Shown here in pieces: positions 49,507 to 59,846 of a DNA stretch of 64,000 nucleotides (positions are counted from its first letter, which is position 1; every line of letters starts with the position of its first letter). Source of the stretch: Armatimonadia bacterium. Its GTDB lineage: Bacteria > Armatimonadota > Zipacnadia > Zipacnadales > UBA11051. Where the stretch lies: assembly GCA_039683575.1 (NCBI GenBank), contig JBDKRC010000323.1, positions 21,920 to 85,919 of the forward strand, in the 5' to 3' direction. Under the pieces are notes generated by a model. It was not told the origin of the DNA. It did no database searches and saw only the letters and a program-made list of their open reading frames with translations. The position numbers and the translations under genes were made by a program.

Positions 49507-49706
49507 GGGATGACGCTTGCTTGTTCCGGCATGCGGAGCATGCCTACCACGCGGGTGGAGCATGCCTACCACGCGGGCAGTGTACCTACGGGATTCCCTA
49601 TCCGACTCTCAGGTTTCCCCCGATTTCGTTCATCTTGTCAAAAGCCTATCCTCTCCCTGTAGATCGGGCCGACAGTTGCCGGCTCGTGTTCAGGAGGTAC
49701 TGGATA

Positions 49707-49931
49707 ATGGCTTTGAAGGCCGGACAGCAAGCACCAAAGTCCGAGATCATACGTTGTGAGGCATGCCGCGATAGCGTGCGCGTGGAGAAGGGGGACTTCA
49801 TCAAGCCCTGTGCGACCTGCGGCAACAACACCTTCGAGCCGCGCAAGGGTGGCAGCAAGAGCAGCGGCAAGGCCGATCGCAAGAGTAAGAGACGCGTGGC
49901 CAACCGTGGGATGGAGCCCGCTCCAGCCTAG
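49707..49931 (+). CDS. Small zinc-ribbon protein with basic tail
   Basis: AGGAGGT SD; CEAC...PCATCG. Confidence 0.7.
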   Translation: MALKAGQQAPKSEIIRCEACRDSVRVEKGDFIKPCATCGNNTFEPRKGGSKSSGKADRKSKRRVANRGMEPAPA

Positions 49932-49965
49932 GCCAGTGGTGTAGCACAACAAACAGCGCACAACA

Positions 49966-50003
49966 GGAGCAGCCTGCTCTGGGTAACCAGGGCGGGCTGC
50001 TTC
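49966..50003 (+). terminator. Hairpin after the zinc-ribbon gene
   Basis: GGAGCAGCCTGCTCTGG-GTAA-CCAGGGCGGGCTGCTTC. Confidence 0.55.
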
Positions 50004-50104
50004 TGCTATGTGGGAGAGGCCCGGAACTCGTCGCAGGTCTTGGCTTGCTGGCGGAGGAATAGCCACTTGCCAGCTACACCATGTCTCCCACCGGAGTGCC
50101 TCCC

Positions 50105-51979
50105 ATGCTCTACGACTCGCTTTGCCAGCAAGCCCATGCCATCTCCAGCACGTCACTCTCGCGGCCGCTGTCGCCGGAACAATGGGAGGGCTCGCTTGAC
50201 CGCCGCCGCCAGCAGTGGCTCGAGATGCTGGGCCTGAACCCCATGCCCGAGCGGACGCCGCTTGAGGCAACGATCACCGGCACCCTCGACCGCGGCGACT
50301 ACGTGGTCGAGAAGCTCCATTTCCAGAGCGTTACCGGCGCCTATGTGGCCGGGAATATCTACCGGCCCGCTACCATCACCGAGCCGCTCCCCGCCGTCCT
50401 CTACCTCTGCGGCCATACCAAGGGCAAAGTTGCCAAGACCTATCAGGCTCAGCCGCGCTGGTTTGGCCAGCATGGCTATGTCGCGCTGGTGCTCGACCCC
50501 ATCCAGCTTGGCGAATGCCAGGGAATGCACCATGGAACCTACCTCAAGGGGCGCTGGGACTGGTGCAGCCGAGGCTATACTCCCGCAGGCACCGAGGTCT
50601 GGAATGCAATGCGGGCGCTCGACTACCTTGAGATGCGCAAGGACGTAGATGCCGACCGGCTGGGCGTCACAGGCCTGTCTGGCGGGGGCGCGATGTCATG
50701 GTTCCTGGGCGCCGCCGATGAACGCGTGAAGTGCGTGGTGCCGGTCTGCCAGACGGGCAGCATCGAGCACCTGATCACTGACCGCGCGACCGACGGCCAC
50801 TGCGACTGCGCCATGTGGATCAACTACTACCGCTGGTGCACGGCGGACATCGGCGCGCTCATCGCCCCGCGGGCGCTCATGGTCGCTGCCGGGACCGAGG
50901 ACGTCATCTGGCGGCCCTATGCCTTCCGCGACGCCCTGCACCGCATTCATCACCAGTTCGCGGCACTGGGGATCGAGGACAAGGTGGCGCTGGTCGAGGA
51001 CCTCTCGCCCCATGGCTATACGCCCAAGCTGCGCAAGGCGATCTTCACGTGGTTCAACACGCACCTGAAGGGGGACCCGACGCCGGTCGCGGACGATGTG
51101 ACCGAGCACGAGGAGCCGGAGGAGAACCTGCTGGTCTTCAATGGCAGCCTCCCCGAAGAGGACGCGATGAAGTGCATCGACACGCTCCTGGTGAAGGCGG
51201 CGCCGGTGCCCGAGGTGGTGGATGAAGGACAATGGGGCGACGTGCAGGCCGAGCGGCTGACAAAGCTCTGCGCCACGACTTTCCGCCACATGCCGGACCT
51301 GGCGGCCCCACGGCTGATTGAGTACCGCCAGGATGGGTGGGAGAGCAAATCGAACGGCACGTATGTCTTTGAGACCGAGGACGCGGTCACACTGAGGATC
51401 CGCATGTCGCTGCCGATGGGGTATGCGCAGCCGACGCAGCTTGTCGTGTTCGCCCTTCCCGAGGATTGCCAGAGCGGGTTCATGGGCGCCTCCCGCTGCC
51501 GCCCACAGGTGGCTGAGGGCGTGGCGACGGCGGGGGTTGAGGTACGCAACACCGGCGCGACGTCGGTCGGGCCGGGTTACCTGTGGTCGCTGAGGCGCGG
51601 GTATCCGCTGCTCGGCGAGACTCTGCCAGAGCGGCAGGTATTTGACCTGATCCAGGCGATGGCGCTCCTGCGCGAGCAGTACCCGGGCGTGCCAATCACG
51701 CTGCGAGGGACGGGCAGGACTGCGGTGCTCGCGCTCTATGCGGCGCTGCTGGATGAGCTTGTGCGGGAGGTCGTTCTGGCGGACCTGCCCGAGACGCATG
51801 AGGCCCCCGAGACGCCGGAGTTTCTCGGCGTGCTGCGCGTCGGGGATCTGCCACACAACCTCGGGCTGCTCTACCCGCGGCCGATCACGATCGTAGGCGA
51901 GCTACCGGCGGCGTACCAATGGACGCGGGAGCTGTATCGCAAGCTGGGACGTGAAGACGCGTTTCGCGTTGGGGGATAG
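50105..51979 (+). CDS. Acetyl-xylan-esterase-like alpha/beta hydrolase
   Basis: PAVLYLCGH, RALDYL...RLGVTGLSGGG, GHCDC; alternative start at 50081. Confidence 0.8.
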   Translation: MLYDSLCQQAHAISSTSLSRPLSPEQWEGSLDRRRQQWLEMLGLNPMPERTPLEATITGTLDRGDYVVEKLHFQSVTGAYVAGNIYRPATITEPLPAVLYLCGHTKGKVAKTYQAQPRWFGQHGYVALVLDPIQLGECQGMHHGTYLKGRWDWCSRGYTPAGTEVWNAMRALDYLEMRKDVDADRLGVTGLSGGGAMSWFLGAADERVKCVVPVCQTGSIEHLITDRATDGHCDCAMWINYYRWCTADIGALIAPRALMVAAGTEDVIWRPYAFRDALHRIHHQFAALGIEDKVALVEDLSPHGYTPKLRKAIFTWFNTHLKGDPTPVADDVTEHEEPEENLLVFNGSLPEEDAMKCIDTLLVKAAPVPEVVDEGQWGDVQAERLTKLCATTFRHMPDLAAPRLIEYRQDGWESKSNGTYVFETEDAVTLRIRMSLPMGYAQPTQLVVFALPEDCQSGFMGASRCRPQVAEGVATAGVEVRNTGATSVGPGYLWSLRRGYPLLGETLPERQVFDLIQAMALLREQYPGVPITLRGTGRTAVLALYAALLDELVREVVLADLPETHEAPETPEFLGVLRVGDLPHNLGLLYPRPITIVGELPAAYQWTRELYRKLGREDAFRVGG

Positions 51980-52047
51980 ACCATCTTAACGCGTGGCAGG
52001 CATGCTCCGCATGCCGGAACATGTGGCCAGTGCAGACGTTCATGCGT

Positions 52048-52076
52048 CGCGTAGGCGGGTTCGTCTCGAACCCGCA
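52048..52076. repeat. REP family D (CGCGTAGGNGGGTkCGTCyCGmACCC); further copies 15812-15840, 53357-53413, 61640-61668
   Basis: GTAG followed by a short hairpin, recurring four times in intergenic DNA. Confidence 0.8.
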
Positions 52077-52115
52077 TGCTCGCCTCATCAAATCAGTCGA
52101 TGGAGGTGCTTTCCC

Positions 52116-53351
52116 ATGCGAGAGTTGACCGTGGTGTGTGCCTTGCTGCTGACGTACGCGCTGACGACCGAGGGCCGGTGTGCCGAGAGCACCTGGAAGA
52201 TCGGCACCCCCATCGTCACGTACTATGCCGGTCCTGCGATGACCGACGCCGTCGCGCAACAGATGGCTGAGGGCGGGCTGAACGTGGTGTGGTGCGGGCG
52301 TGACCAGTTGGACATGATGCAAAGGCATCACCTGCGGGGCATGGTCCGCGACGGCCTGTTGGCCCCGGCCACCCTCGATGACCCCGCCAAACGTGCCCAG
52401 CTCGATGCCCTGATCGACAGCGTGAAGAACCACCCGGCGATGTATGCGTACTATCTCATTGACGAGCCCAACGCCTCGCGCTTCCCGGAGTTCGGCAAGC
52501 TCGTGGCGTACCTGCGCGAGCGGGACCCGGCGCACCTCGCCTACCTCAACCTCTTCCCTACTTACGCCACCAACGAGCAGCTTGGCAACAAGGGCGATGT
52601 GGCCACTGCCTATAGCGAGCACCTGCAGCAGTTCGTGGACACAGTCAAGCCGGACATGCTGAGCTACGACCACTACCACTTCGCCGTGGCCGGCGATACC
52701 GGGCAGTATTTCCTGAACCTCGGGCTGGTCCGGCAGGCGGCGCTCAAGGCTCGCATTCCGTTCCTCAACATCGTCCAGGCCTGCACATGGTCGCCCGCCA
52801 TGCGCATTCCCAGCAGCAATGAGGTGCGGTGGCTGGTCAACACTTCCCTGGCCTACGGCGCGCAGGGCGTCTCGTACTACGTCTACTGCTACCCCGGCCA
52901 CCTCGGCGCGCTGGCGACTGCTGACGGGCAGCCGACCGTGCTGTACCAGTCGCTCAAGCGCACCAACCGCGACTTCGCCGCCTGCGCCGCGCAGTTGCAG
53001 CCGCTGCAGTCGCTGGGCGCGTACCACTGCGGGACGATCCCCATGGGCGGCGTGGCCCTGCCGGCCAACGCTCCCTTCCGTCTGGACCCGGCAATGCCCG
53101 CGAGTCAGCCTGTAAACCTCAAGCCCGCGGAGGGGTTCGTGCTCGGATACTTCGGCCCTGCGGGTGGCGCCCCCACGCATGTGGTGGTCGTGAACCTGAA
53201 ATACTCCAAGTCAGCCGAGACAACGCTGGTCGCGCCCTCGGGGGTGCAGGTGTTCAACCCGGCGCGCGGCAGTTGGTCGGCCACGCGGGCCGCGCGCCTG
53301 CCGCTGCGTTTGGAGCCGGGTGGCGTCGAGCTAGTTCGTCTGGCGAAATAG
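52116..53351 (+). CDS. Secreted hypothetical glycoside-hydrolase-like protein
   Basis: Signal peptide; HPAMYAYYLIDEP, LSYDHY, LAYGAQGVSYY. Confidence 0.65.
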   Translation: MRELTVVCALLLTYALTTEGRCAESTWKIGTPIVTYYAGPAMTDAVAQQMAEGGLNVVWCGRDQLDMMQRHHLRGMVRDGLLAPATLDDPAKRAQLDALIDSVKNHPAMYAYYLIDEPNASRFPEFGKLVAYLRERDPAHLAYLNLFPTYATNEQLGNKGDVATAYSEHLQQFVDTVKPDMLSYDHYHFAVAGDTGQYFLNLGLVRQAALKARIPFLNIVQACTWSPAMRIPSSNEVRWLVNTSLAYGAQGVSYYVYCYPGHLGALATADGQPTVLYQSLKRTNRDFAACAAQLQPLQSLGAYHCGTIPMGGVALPANAPFRLDPAMPASQPVNLKPAEGFVLGYFGPAGGAPTHVVVVNLKYSKSAETTLVAPSGVQVFNPARGSWSATRAARLPLRLEPGGVELVRLAK

Positions 53352-53416
53352 CCCCCCGCGCAGGTTCGTCTCGCACCCATATGTGCGGGTTCGAGACGAA
53401 CCCGCCTTACGCGGAA

Positions 53417-55207
53417 CTAACCCCTGTTTCTCCTGGCCAAGCCCTCCTCATGGATGCCGGCGATTGCTTGCGCCGGCATCTTTGGCTGCCGGTCGTAGGT
53501 CAGGTAGCCGTTGACCTCCCCCTCCACATCGTATAGCTGTACGTAGGAGAACCCCGCGCAATCCGGCTCGCTCATCAGGGCGAGGAAGAAGTCGCGGTAC
53601 AGGGCCAGGAAGCCCTCCACGGTCTCCACCGGGCCGTAGCCGTAGTTCTTCCAGGGGCCGGAGGTGGGCAGCGTCCTGATCCACCAGTTGCCGGTCTCGC
53701 TGAAGACCACCGGCTGGCCGTGGTGCTGGTAGCCAGGGTCGTAGGTGGGCCGGTCTGGGTAGGCGGGGAAGTTGCCCGTCTCGGCGATGCTCTTGCGCCA
53801 CCCTTCCCACCACTCGCGGCAGGCCTTGCCGTCCACCGGGTTGACGTGCAGGTCGCAGATATCGGTGACCGTGTGGCAGTAGCCGCTGGTGTCGATGACC
53901 GGGCGGGTCGGGTCCAGAGCCTTGGTCTCGCGGTACATCCGCTCCTTGGCGAGGTAGTGCTCGGGGGCCTTGGGGCTGTGGCGCTCGTTGGTTGGCACCC
54001 AGGTGACGATGCAGGGGTGGTTCAGGTCGCGCCGCAGGCACGCTGACCACTGCTTCAGGAAGCCTTCGTTCTCCCCCACGATGTCGGCTCCCCAGTCGGC
54101 CATCTCGCCCCAGACCGTCAGGCCCAGCTTGTCGCACCAATACAGGAAGCGCGGCTCGGCCACGAGCTGGTGTTTGCGGATGTTGTTCAGGCCATAGCGT
54201 TTGGCCCACAGCACATCATCTTTCTGGAACCCGTCCGTCGGCGGGGTGTAGAGGCCCTCGGGGTTGTAGCCCTGATCCAGGGCCGACACGAGGAAGAACT
54301 CCTCGCCATTGAGCAAGGTCTTGTCCCCGACAGTCTCGATGGTGCGGATGCCGAGGTAGGTGCCAACCTTATCCAACTCCTGCCCGGTGGCATCGAGCAG
54401 CACCAGCTCGACCTCGTACAGCGTCGGCGACTGCGGCGACCATAGCCGGGGCTCTTTCACGGCGAAGTCCAGAGTCGCCTGCCCGTCCTTCACCTCTGCA
54501 CGTTCAGAGGCTATCTCCTGGCCGTCCAGCAGCAGGCGCAAGGCCAGTTGCTGGCCCGCTCCACCCTCGATCTCCGCCTTCAGGCTCACACGGCCCCGCA
54601 TGTCCGCGGTGAGTGCCCAGTCTGCCACATACGAATCCCCTACCGCCTCCAGCCACACGGTTTGCCAGAGGCCCGTCACCCGCATGTACAGGCAGCCGCT
54701 GGTGAAGCGTTCCGACGCCTGCTTGCCACGAGGCTTGTCCTGCGTGTGGTCGTCGTGGACGCGGACTGAGAGCCGGTTGCCTTCGGGCTTCACGAGAGCG
54801 GTCACGTCGAAGCAAAACGAGTCGTAGCCGCCGATGTGCGTACCCAACGGCTCGCCGTTGAGCCAGACTTCGGCCTCGTAGTCGACCGCTCCAAAGTGCA
54901 GCAGCAGGCGCCTGCCCTGCAGGTTCCCGGGCAGGTCGAAGCTGCGCGTATACCAGCAGGTGGTGTGCAGTTCCTCATCATTGATGCCGCTCAGGGCGCT
55001 CTCGGGGCAGAAGGGGACGAGGATCGGCAGGCGCAGGGTCCTGCCGTCGCTAAGGCCCTCGGCGCGGCCCCGGTCTTCGTCATCCCAGGCGAAGGTCCAG
55101 ATGCCATTGAGGTTCAGCCAGTCCTCGCGCAGCCGGTCTGGGCGCGGATGCTCCGGCCGCGGGACGTTGCCCAGTCGTGCGGTGAGTTCATCAATTGTGA
55201 AAGACAT
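53417..55207 (-). CDS. Glycoside hydrolase family 2
   Basis: WLNLNGIW, LHFGAVDY, GLWQTVWLE, LDQG, NHPCIVTWVPTNE. Confidence 0.9.
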   Translation of the reverse strand: MSFTIDELTARLGNVPRPEHPRPDRLREDWLNLNGIWTFAWDDEDRGRAEGLSDGRTLRLPILVPFCPESALSGINDEELHTTCWYTRSFDLPGNLQGRRLLLHFGAVDYEAEVWLNGEPLGTHIGGYDSFCFDVTALVKPEGNRLSVRVHDDHTQDKPRGKQASERFTSGCLYMRVTGLWQTVWLEAVGDSYVADWALTADMRGRVSLKAEIEGGAGQQLALRLLLDGQEIASERAEVKDGQATLDFAVKEPRLWSPQSPTLYEVELVLLDATGQELDKVGTYLGIRTIETVGDKTLLNGEEFFLVSALDQGYNPEGLYTPPTDGFQKDDVLWAKRYGLNNIRKHQLVAEPRFLYWCDKLGLTVWGEMADWGADIVGENEGFLKQWSACLRRDLNHPCIVTWVPTNERHSPKAPEHYLAKERMYRETKALDPTRPVIDTSGYCHTVTDICDLHVNPVDGKACREWWEGWRKSIAETGNFPAYPDRPTYDPGYQHHGQPVVFSETGNWWIRTLPTSGPWKNYGYGPVETVEGFLALYRDFFLALMSEPDCAGFSYVQLYDVEGEVNGYLTYDRQPKMPAQAIAGIHEEGLARRNRG

Positions 55208-55303
55208 CGCCAATCTCCATTCTATGCTGGGGGGAAGGATGAACACTTCGGATGGAGAAGTCAACCGTTAGCCATGATCTGACCCACGACACAGGAGGAT
55301 CGC

Positions 55304-56407
55304 ATGACCCATAAGGATCGCCTCCTCACTGCGCTGAACCGCGGCGTCCCTGACCAAGTGCCGGTGACGTCAGAACTCGAGACGCGCTACGCTCACACCA
55401 TCGTCCCCACGCGGGGCTGGCGCGGTATCTGCGACGCCCACAGGCTCATCGGCTCGTCGATCTTCAACGTCCAGGGCATTGGCCCGGCCCTGCGGCGCCA
55501 CCTCGGCCCCGGCTATGCGGAGGACCGCTGGTCTGAGCCGCATCCCGGCGGCGGCACCGACAATCACCGCCAGATCACAACCCCGCGCGGCACGCTCCAT
55601 TCCATTGACACCGTCGGCTACATGCCCCGCGACCCCAGCGTGCAAAAGCATACCGAGTACCTGATCAAGGACCGGGCTGACTGGGAGGTCTTCGCCGACT
55701 ACATCAAGGAAGCTGCGCGCGGGGCCGAGCCGCTCGTAGAGGAATCTGTTGCGGCTTACGACTACATCGGTGACGATGGCCTCGTGGGCGGCTGGCTGAC
55801 CGATTCGGTCTATCACTGCGCCGATATGCGCCGCGATCAGGACTTCATCCTCGACCTTGTTGAGGCTCCGGACCTCATGGAAGACGTCCTCGCCGCCGTG
55901 GACCAGTACACGGAGGCGCTGCTGCACTCGTGCAACCTGTCGCGCATCGAGTGCCTTGTCTACGACGTCTGCTGGGCCTCACTCAGTCTCCTGTCCCCGT
56001 CTCTCGTCCGCCGCTTCGTGATTCCACGGGCGAAGCGGACGGCGGAGCTACTGGCGAAGGACAAGTACCTCGTCTTCTTCCAGACCGGCCGCATCCGCGA
56101 AGTCGTCCCGGATCTGGTCGCCTGCGGGCCGCACGGCATCCAGCACTTCGACGTGCTCGGCGACTGCGACCTGGCCGAGATCAAGCAGAGCTTCGGGCGC
56201 GACATCTGCATCATCGGTAATCTCAGCCCCGTCATCCTGGCCAACGGCACCCCTGCCGACGCGCGCGCTGACGCCCGCCGCTGCCTGAACGCGGCGAAGG
56301 CCGGCGGCGGCTACATCGTGAGCACGTCGGATGAAGTGCCGGTGGATGCGAAGCTGGAGAACCTGCAAGCCATCGTGGAAGTGGTGGCGGCTGAGGGCAA
56401 GTACTGA
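55304..56407 (+). CDS. Uroporphyrinogen decarboxylase-like protein
   Basis: MTHKDRLLTALNRGVPDQVP, DLAEIKQSFG..ICIIGNL, GGGYIVS. Confidence 0.8.
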   Translation: MTHKDRLLTALNRGVPDQVPVTSELETRYAHTIVPTRGWRGICDAHRLIGSSIFNVQGIGPALRRHLGPGYAEDRWSEPHPGGGTDNHRQITTPRGTLHSIDTVGYMPRDPSVQKHTEYLIKDRADWEVFADYIKEAARGAEPLVEESVAAYDYIGDDGLVGGWLTDSVYHCADMRRDQDFILDLVEAPDLMEDVLAAVDQYTEALLHSCNLSRIECLVYDVCWASLSLLSPSLVRRFVIPRAKRTAELLAKDKYLVFFQTGRIREVVPDLVACGPHGIQHFDVLGDCDLAEIKQSFGRDICIIGNLSPVILANGTPADARADARRCLNAAKAGGGYIVSTSDEVPVDAKLENLQAIVEVVAAEGKY

Positions 56408-56432
56408 CAATCGATCATGTATCAAAACGCAG

Positions 56433-56471
56433 CAGCCTCCTGCCAAACCGGCAGGAGGCTGTTTGCTCTTT
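56433..56471. terminator. Intrinsic terminator
   Basis: CAGCCTCCTGCC-AAACC-GGCAGGAGGCTG followed by TTTGCTCTTT. Confidence 0.8.
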
Positions 56472-56591
56472 CTGCAATCATCTATGGGGGCTCCAAAAGC
56501 GCTTCCAGAACCAGTGGGAGGGCTCTCCAGAGCCCGGCATTCGCGGTCTGGAGACCGCTCCCACGGTGCGAGAAGGGTATCGGAATACCTT

Positions 56592-57170
56592 CTAGCCGTC
56601 CGCCACGCGCAAGGAGTAGGCCACGCCGCTGCGGACGCGCTCGTAGTGCTTCTGGATGGCGCGCTCGATCAGGTCCTGGGGGTTGTGGCTGTAGACCAGA
56701 TCCGCCTGGGTGTTCTTCTGCACCATCGCCACGATCTCGGCGACATGCTCGGCGATGCCCCCGGTGCCCTTGAGCACCGCAATGAGCTTGCCTTCGTCGT
56801 AAGCAATCGAGAACTCCCCCAGCGTCCCCGATCGGCCGCCCACGATGCAGACAATGTCGCAACTGCGGATGGCCTCGATCTCGCGCCCCATCAGGCCCGA
56901 GCCGGTGAAGATCAGCGCGTCGTACTCCTCATAGGGGGAGTGGTAACGGTCGATGTGCTCCTGCAGGGCCAGGGCAGGGGAGATGCCGAGGGCAAAGCCG
57001 CCGTTCTCCTTGACGCCGAGGACGGCTTCATGGGGAAGCCCGGGGCAGGCTCCCGTGACGATGATACAGTTATGCTGGGCGATCTGGCGACCCAGCTCAC
57101 GGCACGCGCGGCGCGCCTCGTCGGTGATGATTCCCCCGGCTGATCCCATGACTCCGATGCGGATTTTGAT
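56592..57170 (-). CDS. LOG-family / TIGR00725-like Rossmann nucleotide-binding protein
   Basis: IGVMGS, IVTGACPGLP, GGRSGTLGE; start codon uncertain (see findings). Confidence 0.8.
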   Translation of the reverse strand: MKIRIGVMGSAGGIITDEARRACRELGRQIAQHNCIIVTGACPGLPHEAVLGVKENGGFALGISPALALQEHIDRYHSPYEEYDALIFTGSGLMGREIEAIRSCDIVCIVGGRSGTLGEFSIAYDEGKLIAVLKGTGGIAEHVAEIVAMVQKNTQADLVYSHNPQDLIERAIQKHYERVRSGVAYSLRVADG

Positions 57171-57557
57171 AGCAAAGCACCTCCCGTTGGCAAGGGAAGT
57201 ATAGCTGGTGCATGGGTTTGGGGCAAGGTGAGGGAAGGGGACAGAGCGAGGGACAAGACTGGTGCAATGCAAAAGGCCAAAATGGCGGAAAAGGCCCTCT
57301 GCGGGCTTCTCAGGCCCATTTCCGCCTGTGTTCAGGAATTTCGGGGCCCTAAGGGGCCCAAAAAAGCACTATTCAACGGATTCTTTGAATAGTCGAGAGT
57401 GGCCTCTACGGGGCCTACAGCGGCGCTAAGCCGATTCAGGAGTGAAAGACGAAGCCCCTCCAGCCGACGTTGTGACACCGACTCGAGGGGCCCCTTTTTG
57501 ACCAAACTCCACTAGACAACAATAAGCGTAAGGCTCATTTGCTACGAATAACTACCA

Positions 57558-58694
57558 CTACCAGCTAATCTCCGGCACCACCTGCACCTGCCCGCCGCTG
57601 CGCATTGAGTCGGCTCCCGCGCAGCCTGCCGCGACGCTCATGCGGCCTGCTACGGGCGTTGCCAGCGGCTCCTTGCCGTCGAGGACCATGTCGAGGAAGT
57701 CTTCGGTGATGACCGGGTCGGCGCCGCCGTGGCCACCCATGGCCGGGCGGATGTCGTAGGTGCGGTCGGCCAGTTCTTTCCAGCTATTGGCCCGCCGCAT
57801 CTTCACTATCACCTTGCCGTCCGGCTCGCTGTTTTCGAGGCGGCCTTCGGTGCCGATGATGGTGTAGTTGCGGTGGTAGTCCGGCGTGAAGTGGCACTGC
57901 AGGTAGCTGGCCTTGATGCCGCCGTCGAGTTCCATGATCATTACGTTGTTGTCCTCAACCTCGACTTCCTGGCGGAAGGCGCACTGGTTGCGGCGGTTGT
58001 CGCTGTATTCGAAGCAGGTCATGGACTCGTCGCAGACGTCGCAGGTCAGATCGTTGGGCTTGTCGCCGCCGAAGAAGTCGAGGCTGCCGAAGGCCGCGAC
58101 GCGCTTGCTGTACTGGCCGGTCAGCCAGTGGATCATGTCGATGTCATGGCTGCCCTTTTGCAGGAGCAGGGTGTTGCTGCCCTTCTTCGTCGCGTGCCAG
58201 TCCTGGTAGTAGAAGTTGCAGCCATGGCCGACGAAATGCCGGCACCACGCGGCCTTGACCTCGCCGATGGTCCCGCTGTCGATGATCTCCTTCATCACGC
58301 GGAAGATGTTCATGTAGCGCATGTTGAAGCCGACCATCAGGTGCTTGCCACTGGCCTTCCAGGTGCGCAGGATGTTGTCGCAGCCGTCGGTGGAGATGGC
58401 GAGCGGCTTTTCGCAAAAGACGTGCTTGCCGGCCTGCAGGGCCGCCACGGCGCATTCCTCGTGCATGAAGTCCGGCGCGGTCACGGAGATGGCGTCAATG
58501 TCGTCACGCTCAATCAGGCGGCGGTAGTCGGTGGTGACGAAAACGTCGTCACCCATGCGGGTCTTGAAGTCCTCCAGCGCGGTCTCAAAAGGATCGGCGC
58601 CACCGACGACTTCCGAGCGCTTGTTGTCGTGCCACTGGTTGGCGATAGCTCCGCGCCCGCAGACGCCGATTACGCCGATTCTGAGTTTGTCCAT
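57558..58694 (-). CDS. Gfo/Idh/MocA oxidoreductase
   Basis: LRIGVIG, HVFCEKP, VGFNMRY, HDIDM, GGHGGAD. Confidence 0.9.
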   Translation of the reverse strand: MDKLRIGVIGVCGRGAIANQWHDNKRSEVVGGADPFETALEDFKTRMGDDVFVTTDYRRLIERDDIDAISVTAPDFMHEECAVAALQAGKHVFCEKPLAISTDGCDNILRTWKASGKHLMVGFNMRYMNIFRVMKEIIDSGTIGEVKAAWCRHFVGHGCNFYYQDWHATKKGSNTLLLQKGSHDIDMIHWLTGQYSKRVAAFGSLDFFGGDKPNDLTCDVCDESMTCFEYSDNRRNQCAFRQEVEVEDNNVMIMELDGGIKASYLQCHFTPDYHRNYTIIGTEGRLENSEPDGKVIVKMRRANSWKELADRTYDIRPAMGGHGGADPVITEDFLDMVLDGKEPLATPVAGRMSVAAGCAGADSMRSGGQVQVVPEISW

Positions 58695-58833
58695 CTGGTG
58701 CGTCCTCCTTAATCTCAATGCCTGAAGCAAGTATTCTTATCGCTGCGGGCAGGAATCTCCTCTGTGGGCGAGAAAATTGGCAGCTTGTTGCGCAACGTTG
58801 GTTTCACGTTTCGAAAGGTAAAGGTCACGTCAC

Positions 58834-59445
58834 ATGATTCGCAGAGGCTTCACACTGATTGAGTTGTTGGTTGTCATAGCTATTATCGCCATTCTCGCTG
58901 CCATACTCTTCCCGGTTTTCGCCAAGGCCCGCGAGAAGGCGCGGCAGTCGTCCTGCCTGTCCAACTGCAAGCAGCTTGGACTCGCTGCTCTGTCCTATGC
59001 CCAGGATTACGACGAGACGTTCCCGAAGGCTTTCCATCAGCAAACGCCCGCGTACAGGTGGTTCGACTTGATCGGGCCCTACTGCAAGAACACTCAGATC
59101 TTTGTATGCCCATCGCTCAAGCTGAACGGTGCCAACACTACCACCTGCTACGGCTGGAACATTGGAACGGCCGGCGCGTACACCAACGGAATGGGCTACT
59201 ACTATGCCGACGCCCAACCCTGTCGTTCACTGGGGGATGTGTCCCAGCCAGCCGAGACGATCCTGCTCGGAGACATTTCCTACTATAATGGCAACAACAC
59301 TTATCTCGTCTACAGTGCCGCCTCAAACTGCTCCAACATCCACAACGATGGGGGCAACTACACCTTCGTGGACGGGCATGCCAAGTGGATGAGCCGCTCC
59401 ACCGCTTGGGGTTCTCGCCGTCTGTACACCTACACCGAAGACTAG
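58834..59445 (+). CDS. Prepilin-type DUF1559 / H-X9-DG protein
   Basis: [14 protein letters not shown]...; [17 protein letters not shown]. Confidence 0.9.
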   Translation: MIRRGFTLIELLVVIAIIAILAAILFPVFAKAREKARQSSCLSNCKQLGLAALSYAQDYDETFPKAFHQQTPAYRWFDLIGPYCKNTQIFVCPSLKLNGANTTTCYGWNIGTAGAYTNGMGYYYADAQPCRSLGDVSQPAETILLGDISYYNGNNTYLVYSAASNCSNIHNDGGNYTFVDGHAKWMSRSTAWGSRRLYTYTED

Positions 59446-59467
59446 ACCGATCTCGTAACAGCGCCGA

Positions 59468-59501
59468 AGAGAACTGCCAGCCCTGGCAGTTCTCTTTTTT
59501 T
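59468..59501 (+). terminator. Intrinsic terminator
   Basis: AGAGAACTGCCAG-CC-CTGGCAGTTCTCT followed by a T-run. Confidence 0.85.
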
Positions 59502-59729
59502 GTGTCAGCAAGCTGTCGCCAGGAGGGCCGGTGTCGGTTCTCCCTACGGATGCACGATGTTGGGGATCACCATAGCCGCGTGGGGTAGGCATGCTGCGCA
59601 TGCCGGAATCCCGTTCAATGAATCGCATGCCTGCCACGCGAAGATTTCTCCCCGAATATTCCCTCCGCACGGCAGAAGTCCTCTGCGGCGGCGTGGTGCT
59701 GAGCAGAGGAGGCGATTCAAAAGCACCTG

Positions 59730-59833
59730 GTCATCCTGAGCGAAGCGAAGGATCTCCCGAGATGCTTCACTTCGTTCAGCATGACAAACGAGCTCGAGGA
59801 CGCCTGAGATACTTGACTTCGTTCAGCATGACA
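59730..59833. repeat. Family C cluster (three arms)
   Basis: GTCATCCTGAGCGAAGCGAAGGATCT plus two inverted CTTCGTTCAGCATGACA arms. Confidence 0.85.
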
Positions 59834-59846
59834 GCGTTTCTGCAAA

